38,427 nucleotides of DNA from Macrostomum lignano (taxonomy: Eukaryota). The notes below the pieces were generated by a model. It worked only from the letters and a program-made list of their open reading frames with translations, did not search any database and was not told the DNA's origin. A program made the translations under genes and the position numbers. Below, one piece after another: positions 1 through 10,984 of this stretch; position 1 is the stretch's first letter; each line of letters opens with the position of its first letter. The stretch covers positions 1-38,427 of the forward strand of contig NIVC01004674.1 of the NCBI GenBank assembly GCA_002269645.1, given 5' to 3'.

Positions 1-271
1 GGTTTGGGTAGGGTTTAGATAGCTTGGTTAGGTAGGGTTTAGATAGGGCTTGGTTAGGGGGTTTAGATAGGGCTTGGTTAGGGTAGGGTTTAGATAGGGC
101 TTGGTTAGGGTAGGGTTTAGATAGGGCTTGGTTAGGGTAGGGTTTAGATAGGGCTTGGTTAGGGTAGGGTTTAGATAGGGCATGGTTAGGGTAGGGTTTA
201 GATAGGGCTTGGTTAGGGTAGGGTTTAGATAGGGCTTGGTTTGGGTAGGGTTTAGTTGCGGCTTGGTTAGG
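1..271 (+). repeat. 27-bp G-rich minisatellite containing TTAGGG/TAGGG motifs (runs off window start)
   Basis: Unit TAGGGTTTAGATAGGGCTTGGTTAGGG, ~10 copies; explains the KPYLNPTLT periodic ORF. Confidence 0.95.
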
Positions 272-703
272 GGCATAATCGTCGTGTACTTTCAATGCGA
301 CTTAGAACGAAACTTGAAGTACATGGTCGAAATGATACTAAATGAAGAGCGATTCATTGCCCATAGTCAACAATTTCGGATGATGTATAAAACCTTAAGT
401 TTGAGAAAGAAACAGAAGAAACGTTTTTAACTCTACCTCGCGGCCTCTCAAGTTATAAACGAGGTGGCAGAAGCTGTTGTTTAAGGCGCATGGCAGACGT
501 TCATCGTCAGATTGACCTGCTCGAACACCTCGTTTATTCTCTCGGCAGTGTTCACCTTGTCCTAGTGGTGGCACTGGATTTTGACGGCGGGAGTCGATTG
601 GCCGACGGCGCTTCTGGCCATGGCGAGCGCCAGAGCGACGGTCAGAACGAGCTGCAGCGGGACCGGCTTCTCCATCAGGCTGAGGAGTTCTTGAGTTGAT
701 GAG
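250..703 (-). pseudogene. Possible disrupted gene for a small secreted protein, or a terminal TM exon of the upstream cadherin-like gene
   Basis: Acceptor ctatttggcag| at 704. ATG at 675 gives MEKPVPLQLVLTVALALAMARSAVGQSTPAVKIQCHH* (TAG 562-564). Coding-like GC-rich sequence continues past the stop (DKVNTAERINEVFEQVNLTMNVCHAP) with further stops and frameshifts. No family recognised. Confidence 0.3.
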
Positions 704-935
704 CTGCCAAATAGCACCCCAAATGCGGGATTAATATTGCTGAGTACAAGCCTGGCTTTGCGGGAATTGATCGAATTGTCTATGGCCCAAACAGGTGTAC
801 TCTTAATGATTGGCCATTAAGTAAAGTAACATTTCACGGTAGACCAGACGACATTTATGACCTCTAAAACCTTGCGTAAATTATTTTGCAAAACTACTCT
901 CTGTTCAATGTATCAGCGTAAAAAACAATTCATAG

Positions 936-1082
936 ACATACACTATAACATACACTTTAACATACACTATAACATACACTATAACATACACTATAACATA
1001 CACTATAACATACACTATAACATACACTATAACATACACTATAACATACACTATAACATACACTATAACATACACTATACAA
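936..1082 (+). repeat. 12-bp minisatellite (ACATACACTATA)n
   Basis: ~12 near-perfect copies. Confidence 0.95.
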
Positions 1083-1239
1083 ACTACGTATAGTGTAGTT
1101 TAGGCTTTTTAAAAAATGCATTTTAAAGTGCCTTCAGAGAGATGCAATATACCTATAAGATTGAAATCTATGATAGTAGACATCCATAAAATGATCCACT
1201 ACATGTATTGTATTCGCCAAGTACAAACGAAAAAATTTG

Positions 1240-1388
1240 TCGCAAACGGACATTTTATCTGCTCAGACAATTTTATGCGCCAACGGACGATTTTATGCGC
1301 CAATGGACAATTTTATCCACCAATGGGCAATTTTATGCGCCAATGGACAATTTTATCCGCCAATGGACATTTTATGCGCTCAGACAAT
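1240..1388 (+). repeat. 20-bp minisatellite (ATTTTATGCGCCAATGGACA)n
   Basis: ~7 diverged copies. Confidence 0.9.
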
Positions 1389-1769
1389 TAAAGTATACAA
1401 TTAAAAGAATCTACGAAAGGAATTCGTAGAAAGCTACACGAAAGCTAGCAGGTAAAACTTGTGTCCGATTATTGCTACGCACTAATCAGTGACGTCATCG
1501 GAAGAGTGTATTTTCGGTGCATTGGAGGGCGAATTTGACGATGAAAAATTGGCTGTCTCAGTTGCTGATTTAAATCTGGATTTTCGACTTTGCTACTGAT
1601 AGTAGTTGGAGAGCGTCTGCGGTTATCGGGGGCATTCAGAGTATTGGTGTTGAAAACAAAAAGCGCATTATGCAGGTCAATATTCCGAGTGGCATTTAAA
1701 AATCTATTAAAGTACAAGTTGTCAGTAATTAAGGCCAGTAATTAGCTGGGGGTTCAGCGCGTCAAGTCT

Positions 1770-4700
1770 TCACTGGCAGATTTTCCACTTGCCGCCGACT
1801 TTCACACAGGCGCCGCCGGCGTTCGGGCAACGAATGCCGAGCCGAGTGCATGGGTTGTCGGACGGCGCGGCGCAGCTGCCGCCGGAGCGCTTGAAGCCGG
1901 GCAGGCAGGCGCAGGTCTTGGCGCCCCAGACGCCTTCGCAGGACTCGGTGGCCTTGTTGCAGCTGCAGGCCGGCGCCGGGTCCTTGCAGTCCGCGGCCGC
2001 CTTCACTCCGCTGGACGAGTACGTCACCTTCACGGACGTCGAGCTGTCGTCCATGGTCGAGTCGGCCGAGCTGGTGGGCATGTACACGTCCGACACGCGA
2101 AGGCCGGTGATGCAGCCTTGGGGGGGGGGGGCGACGGGAGACATGAGCTGCCGTTTTCAGCACCGAAAGGAACTGGAGGATGGGGAACTGGAGGATGGGG
2201 AACTGGAGGATGGGGAACTGGAGGATGGGGAACTGGAGGATGGGGACGAATGGGGAACTGGAGGATGGGGAACTGGAGGATGGGGAACTGGAGGATGGGG
2301 AACTGGAGGATGGGGAACTGGAGGATGGGAACTGGAGGATGGGGAACTGGAGGATGGGGAACTGGAGGATGGGGAACTGGAGGATGGGGAACTGGAGGAT
2401 GGGGAACTGGAGGATGGGGAACTGGAGGATGGGGAACTGGAGGATGGGGAACTGGAGGATGGGGAACTGGAGGATGGGGAACTGGAGGATGGGGAACTGG
2501 AGGATGGGGAACTGGAGGATGGGGAACTGGAGGATGGGGAACTGGAGGATGGGGAACTGGAGGATGGGGAACTGGAGGATGGGGAATTCGAGGATGGGGA
2601 ATTTGACGATGCAGCTCCATTAAAATGAGATCAAGTACAGTTGGCCATGATTCAACGACAAGCCTGCCAGGTGCTACTAGAAGACAAAGCCCTGGGGCGG
2701 GCCAAGCCACTCACTGCTGGGCAGATTCATGCTGACTTTGAAGGAGTTCACGAGAATCTCCCCGGGGAGCAGGTGCACCTGCGAATATTCGTCAACTGCA
2801 AGGAAGAGCTGCGACTTGGCCGTGGACACCAGGACCTCGTGCCAGTGGCCGTCGCTGACCACTTTGGGGACGAAGGGCCGGCAGCTCGAGTCGATGCAGA
2901 ATTGCAGGGTCTCAGACTCCAGCTGCAGTTTGGGCGATTAACTTATTGCAGTGTGGGATATGCAGTGTGGGATATGCAGTGTGGGGTATGCAGTGTGGGA
3001 TATGCAGTGTGGGATATACAGTGTGGGATATGCAGTGTGGGATATGCAGTGTGGGATATGCAAGTGTGGGATATGCAGTGTGGGATATTCAGTGTGGGAT
3101 ACGCAGTGTGGGAAAACTAATATGTAGCAGTCTTGCCTTCAGCTCGAATCGGGAGGCTCCTGAGCCAGTGCTTTCAATCGTCAGCAGCTGAGTGGCGGTG
3201 GCAACTCTGGTGCGGAACCGGAGTCGCAGGCCCAGCGGCGAAGCGATCCGCAGGGGGATGTTGGAGCCGCTGCTCAGCGTCCAGCTGATGCCAATGTCGC
3301 TGGCGGCCGTGTTCAGGATAAGCAGCTCTGAGGGTGGCGGTGTGGCAGGCGGCTGGACACTGGCACAAACAGGGGCACAAACGGGAACTAGAGACACCAT
3401 GGACATCAGAGACACCATGGACATCAGGGACACCAGAGACATCAGAGACATCAGAGACACCATAGAAATTAGGGACACCAGGGACACCATAGACACCAGG
3501 GACATCAGAGACATCAGGGACACCAGAGACATCAGGGACACCAGAGACATCAGAGACATCAGAGACACCATAGAAATCAGGGACACCAGGGACACCATAG
3601 ACACCAGGGACATCAGAGACATCAGGGACACCAGAGACATCAGGGACACCAGAGACATCAGGGACACCAGAGACATCAGGGACACCAGAGACACGTAGGA
3701 AATCAGGGACACCAGAGACATCAGGGACACCAGAGACACGTAGGAAACCAGGGACACCAGAGACACGTAGGAAACCAGGGACACCAGAGACACCAGGGAC
3801 ACCATAGACACCAGGGACACCATAGACATCAGAGACATCAGGGACACCAGAGACATCAGGGACACCAGAGAAATCAGGGACACCAGAGACATCAGGGACA
3901 CCAAAGACAACAGGGACACCAGAGACATCAGGGGCACCAGAGACATCAGGGACACCATAGACATCAGGGACACCAGAGACATCAGAGACATCAGAGACAC
4001 CAGAGACACCATAGACATCAGAGACACCAGAGACATCAGAGACACCAGGGACACCATAGACATCAGAGACACCAGGGACACCAGAGACATCAGGGACACC
4101 AGAGACATCAGAGACACCATAGACATCAGAGACATCAGGGACACCAGAGACACCAGCGACACCATAGATATCAGAGACACCAGGGACACCAGAGACACCA
4201 GGGACACCATAGACCTCAGAGACACCAGAGACATCAGGGACACCAGAGACATCAGAGACACCAGAGACACCAGAGACATCAGAGACACCAGAGACATCAG
4301 AGACACCAGAGACATCAGAGACACCAGAGACATCAGAGACACCAGGGAACATCAGGGACACCAGAGACACCAGAGACACCATAGACATCAGAGACAGGGA
4401 CACCATAGACATCAGGGACATCAGGGACACCAGAGACACCAGGGACACCAGAGAAATCAGGGACACCAAAGACATCAGAGACACCAGGGACACCAGAGAC
4501 ATCAGGGACACCAAAGACAACAGGGACACAAGAGACATCAGAGACACCAGGGACACCAGAGACATCAGGGACACCATAGACATCAGAGACACCAGGGACA
4601 CCAGAGACATCAGGGACACCAGAGACATCAGAGACACCATAGACATCAGAGACATCAGGGACACCAGAGACACCAGAGACACCATAGACATCAGAGACAC

Positions 4701-7700
4701 CAGAGACATCAGGGACACCAGAGACATCAGAGACACCATAGACATCAGAGACACCAGGGACACCAGAGACATCAGAGACACCAGAGAAATCAGAGACACC
4801 AGGGAACATCAGGGACACCAGAGACACCAGAGACACCATATACATCAGAGACACCAGGGACACCATAGACATCAGGGACATCAGGGACACCAGAGACACC
4901 AGGGACACCAGAGAAATCAGGGACACCAGAGACATCAGGGACACCAAAGACAACAGGGACACCAGAGACATCAGGGACACCAGGGACACCATAGACATCA
5001 GGGACACCATAGACACCAGGGACACCATAGACATCAGAGACATCAGGGACACCAGAGACATCAGGGACACCAGAGACATCAGGGACACCAGAGACACCAG
5101 GGACACCAGAGACACCAGGGACACCAGAGACACCAGGGACACCAGAGACATCAGGGACACCAGAGACATCAGGGACACCAGGGACACCAGAGACACCAGG
5201 GACACCAGAGACACCAGAGACATCAGAGACACCAGAGACATCAGAGACACCAGGGAACATCAGGGACACCAGAGACACCAGGGACACCATAGACATCAGG
5301 GACACCAGAGACACCAGAGACATCAGAGACACCAGGGACATCAGGGACACCATAGACATCAGGGACATCAGGGACACCATAGACATCAGGGACACCAGAG
5401 ACACCAGAGACATCAGAGACACCAGGGACATCAGGGACACCGTAGACATCAGGGACACCAGAGACACCAGAGACATCAGAGACACCAGGGACACCAGAGA
5501 CATCAGAGACACCAGGGACATCAGGGACACCATAGACATCAGGGACACCAGAGACATCAGAGACATCAGATACACCAGGGACATCAGGGACACCATAGAC
5601 ATCAGGGACACCAGAGACATCAGAGACATCAGAGACACCAGGGACATCAGGGACACCATAGACATCAGGGACACCAGAGACATCAGAGACATCAGAGACA
5701 CCAGGGACATCAGGGATATCAATCAGCAGGGCTGCTGCTCACCCTTGCTGCAGGAGGCGGCGCACATTGCGGGGTCGCTGATTTTCTCATTAGTCATCCT
5801 GGTCTGGCCGGAGCAGCGGCACTGGCACAGATCCTTGCGGACGACCCCGAGGAAGCCGTAGCACACGGACTTGTCGCCGCAGAGGTAGCCGGTCTCCGAG
5901 CCGCCGCAGGAGGCGTCCTGCTGGCTGCATTTCTCGGAAGTTTTCGCAATCGGGCCGTTGTGGCCGTCCACCTTCAGGTCAACCAGCCGGTTGTTGAGCC
6001 GCACGTTACGGAAGCAGCCATTGAAGGAGCCGCCGAGTAGGACAGTGGTGCTGCTGAGAGCGAAGTCACCGGACAAGGTGCTCTCGGCCGTCTGCTGGAT
6101 GCACTCGAAGCCCGGCTCCACCGTGCAGAACACCGTGACAGTCTGGCAGCACCGGGGGGAATTGATCCGGTGTATCCAATTATAGCTGATTTATTTATTT
6201 CAACAGGGCGTAGCTCGACATAAGAGTGCCCAACTCGAGATAGATATGAGTGCCCAACTCGACATAAGAGTGCCCAACTCGAGATAGATATGAGTGCCCA
6301 ACTCGACATAAGAGTGCCCAACTCGAGATAGATATGAGTGCCCAACTCGACATAAGAGTGCCCAACTCGAGATAGATAGGAGTGCCCAACTCGAGATAGA
6401 TATGAGTGCCCAACTCGACATAAGAGTGCCCAACTCGAGATAGATATGAGTGCCCAACTCGACATAAGAGTGCCCAACTCGAGATAGATATGAGTGCCCA
6501 ACTCGACATAAGAGTGCCCAACTCGAGATAGATAGGAGTGCCCAACTCGAGATAGATATGAGTGCCCAACTCGACATAAGAGTGCCCAACTCGAGATAGA
6601 TAGGAGTGCCCAACTCGACATAAGAGTGCCCAACTCGAGATAGATAGGAGTGCCCAACTCGAGATAGATATGAGTGCCCAACTCGACATAAGAGTGCCCA
6701 ACTCGAGATAGATAGGAGTGCCCAACTCGAGATAGATATGAGTGCCCAACTCGACATAAGAGTGCCCAACTCGAGATAGATAGGAGTGCCCAACTCGAGA
6801 TAGATATGAGTGCCCAACTCGAGATGGATAGGAGTGCCCAACTCGAGATAGATATGAGTGCCCAACTCGAGATAGATATGAGTGCCCAACTCCAGATAGA
6901 TATGAGTGCCCAACTCGAGATAGATAGGAGTGCCCAACTCGAGATAGATAGGAGTGCCAACTCGAGATGGATAGGAGTGCCCAACTCGAGATAGATATGA
7001 GTGCCCAACTCGAGATAGATATGAGTGCCCAACTCGAGATAGATATGAGTGCCCAACTCCAGATAGATATGAGTGCCCAACTCGAGATAGATAGGAGTGC
7101 CCAACTCGAGATAGATAGGAGTGCCAACTCGAGATGGATAGGAGTGCCCAACTCGAGATGGATATGAGTGCCCAACTCGAGATAGATAGGAGTGCCCAAC
7201 TCGAGATAGATAGGAGTGCCAACTCGAGATGGATTGGAGTGCCCAACTCGAGATGGATATGAGTGCCCAACTCGAGATAGATATGAGTGCCCAACTCGAG
7301 ATAGATATGAGTGCCCAACTCCAGATAGATATGAGTGCCCAACTCGAGATAGATACGAGTGCCCAACTCCAGATAGATACGAGTGCCCACCTCCAGATAG
7401 ATAAGAGTGCCCAACTCGAGATAGATAGGAGTGCCCAACTCGAGATAGATATGAGTGCCCAACTCGAGATAGATAGGAGTGCCCAACTCGAGATGGATAG
7501 GAGTGCCCAACTCGAGATAGATAGGAGTGCCCAACTCGAGATAGATAGGAGTGCCCAACTCGAGATAGATAAGAGTGCCCAACTCCAGATAGATAAGAGT
7601 GCCCAACTCGAGATAGATAGGAGTGGAGTGCCCAACTCGAGATAGATAGGAGTGCCCAACTCGAGATGGATAGGAGTGCCCAACTCGAGATAGATAAGAG

Positions 7701-10700
7701 TGCCCAACTCGAGATAGATAGGAGTGGAGTGCCCAACTCGAGATGGATAGGAGTGCCCAACTCGAGATGGATAGGAGTGCCCAACTCGAGATAGATAGGA
7801 GTGGAGTGCCCAACTCGAGATGGATAGGAGTGCCCAGCTCGAGATAGATAGGAGTGGAGTGCCCAACTCGAGATGGATAGGAGTGCCCAGCTCGAGATAG
7901 ATAGGAGTGGAGTGCCCAACTCGAGATGGATAGGAGTGCCCAGCTCAAGATGTATACGAGTGCCTAACTTCTTAGCAGCAGGAGATTCTCCCAAAGAAAC
8001 TCGGTGGAACTCACGGTGAGTTTGCTGCGCCGCTCAGCTTGGCCACAATGGTGACATCCATCCAGAGCCCCTGCTGCACGAATCTGTTGGAGTGCAGCGC
8101 GGTCTGGGTGAACTCGGGCTCCATGCTAGGCACGGTGGCGGTGGTGTACAGCGGTTCGGGCACTCGGCCTAGCTGGACATTGACCAGATCTTTGGACTTA
8201 GACACCAGGGTGACAATGGTGCACAGGTTCCCGTCCGGATTCATGCACCTGCCGGCGAATTTGAATTTCAGCGTCAGCATGTCCGGCCGGCCGGCTCTGT
8301 TCGGCACCAGGTGATGGGTTGTGATGGCGTCGCTGCCGGTGCCGCCGTTGTAGCCGCGGGTCAGCAGCTCGCAGTTGGGCCCGCGAACCTCGTTCTTGAC
8401 TTCGGAGGAGGAGCACTCGCAGCTGCGGGACAGCGGGAGGGGCGCAGGCTCGGAGCTCCTGAATTCGCCTCCCGAATCCTTTGGTTTCTTGGAATTCGCA
8501 CTGCCCGAATTCAATTCAGAAACAGTCTCCACAAAACGATTTTAAGGAATGAACGCCAAAAATTCGATTTCTTAGAATCCACATCTCAAATTCGATTTCT
8601 TAGAATCCACATCTCAAATTCGATTTCTTAGAATCCACATCTCAAATTCTATTTCTTAGAATCCACATCTTAAATTCGATTTCTTAGAATCCACCCCTCA
8701 AATTCGATTTCTTAGAATCCACCCCTCAAATTCGATTTCTTAGAATCCACATCTTAAATTCGATTTCTTAGAATCCACCCCTCAAATTCGATGTCTTAGA
8801 ATCCACATCTCAAATTCTATTTCTTAGAATCCACATCTCAAATTCTATTTCTTAGAATCCACATCCTAAATTCTATTTCTTAGAATCCACATCTCAAATT
8901 CGATTTCTTAGAATCCACATCTAAAATTCGATTTCTTAGAATCCACCCCTCAAATTCGATTTCTTAGAATCCACATCTCAAATTCGATTTCTCAGAATCC
9001 ACCCTCAAATTCGATTTCTCAGAATCCACCCCTCAAATTCGATTTCTCAGAATCCACCCCTCAAATTCGATGTCTTAGAATCCACATCTCAAATTCGATT
9101 TCTTAGAATCCACCCCTCAAATTCGATTTCTTAGAATCCACATCTCAAATTCTATTTCTTAGAATCCACCCCTCAAATTCTATTTCTTAGAATCCACATC
9201 TCAAATTCTATTTCTCAGAATCCACCCCTCAAATTCGATTTCTTAGAATCCACATCACAAATTCGATTTCTCAGAATCCACCCCTCAAATTCGATGTCTT
9301 AGAATCCACATCTCAAATTCTATTTCTTAGAATCCACATCTCAAATTCTATTTCTTAGAATCCACCCCTCAAATTCTATTTCTTAGAATCCAACCCTCAA
9401 ATTCGATTTCTCAGAATCCACCCCTAAATTTCGATTTCTTAGAATCCACGTCTTAAATTCGATGTCTTAGAATCCACCCCTCAAATTCGATTTCTTAGAA
9501 TCCACATCTCAAATTCGATTTCTTAGAATCCACCCCTCAAATTCTATTTCTTAGAATCCAACCCTCAAATTCGATTTCTTAGAATCCACCCCTCAAATTC
9601 TATTTCTTAGAATCCACATTTCAAATTCGATTTCTTAGAATCCACATTTCAAATTCGATTTCTTAGAATCCACCCCTCAAATTCTATTTCTTAGAATCCA
9701 CATCTCAAATTCTATTTCTTAGAATCCACCCCTCAAATTCGATTTCTTAGAATCCACATCTCAAATTCGATTTCTCAGAATCCACCCCTCAAATTCGATT
9801 TCTTAGAATCCACATCTCAAATTCTATTTCTTAGAATCCACCCCTCAAATTCTATTTTTTAGAATCCAACCCTCAAATTCGATTTCTTAGAATCCACATC
9901 TAAAATTCTATTTCTTAGAATCCACCCCTCAATTTCGATTTCTTAGAATCCACCCCTCAAATTCGATTTCTTACAATCCACATCTCAAATTCTATTTCTC
10001 AGAATCCACCCCTCAAATTCGATTTCTTAGAATCCCTTTACTTCAAATGTGATTTCTTAGAACTTCCTCCCGAATTCGATTTCCCAGCCACTCACGGGCC
10101 GTAGCTTGGCACATCAAAGCTGGTCTTGCATTTTCCCGGGGCAGCGCAGGTCTTGGAATTGCAGGACCCCTGCAGGTCCTTAAAGGCGTCCTTGCCGCAC
10201 CGCGTTTCCCACTTGGTCGGCATGCCCAGGACGGCCTTGTCGTCCGCACTCTTGACGCTGCCAAGCTCCGCGAAGCCCTTCGAAGAGTCGTGCACCAGCA
10301 CCGATCTGCAGAATGTCTTGCACGTTGAGTAGCAGTCCTTCTCGCCGTCGACTGCGACTCCTACTTCCTGCGTGTGTGGGGAAGACGGTGTCAGCGAGAG
10401 CCTCTGTCCCACTTAATCCTTCCGCGGGAACCGCTGTCCCACCTGATTCTTCAGAGAGAGCCGCTGTCCCACCTGATCCTTCAGCGAGAGCTGCTGTCCC
10501 ACCTGATATTTCAGGGGGAGCTGCTGTCCCACCTGATCCTTCAGCGGGAGCCGCTGTCCCACCTGATCCTTCAGCGGGAGCCGCTGTCCCACCTGATCCT
10601 TCAGGGGGAGCCGCTGTCCCACCTGATCCTTCAGCGAGAGCCGCTGTCCCACCTGATCCTTCAGGGGGAGCCGCTGTCCCACCTGATCCTTCAGCGGGAG

Positions 10701-10944
10701 CCGCTGCCCTCCGCTCCTTCTACTACCGCAGTTGCAGCGAATGCAGGAGAGAATTTTCAATATGCTACTACAAGTAACAAACCGAGCACATGGTTTACCT
10801 TTGCATTGTTCCTGATGATCGTCTCAGCCTTGTCTTTGGGAATCAGGTTGCCCGAGCCGTCGTATAGCAAGATGCCGGTGCCGCCGGGGCCGCCGGAGCT
10901 GCCGGAGCTGCCGGAGCCGCCGGAGCTGCCGGAGCCGCCGGAGC

Positions 10945-10984
<40 letters not shown>

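Noticed and set aside
562-564. Stop-codon readthrough or recoding of the TAG in the 675 ORF
   Set aside because: Further stops and frameshifts follow, which decay or a true terminus explains better.
1490-1504. CRE (TGACGTCA) plus an ETS-like CGGAAG motif
   Set aside because: Short motifs expected by chance; no transcript start can be tied to them.
2030-7994. Long ORFs with periodic translations (PHPPV, SLMSLV, GVPDVS, LELGTPIY)
   Set aside because: They are frame-open translations of intronic minisatellites, open in several frames, and lie inside introns defined by phase-consistent splice sites.
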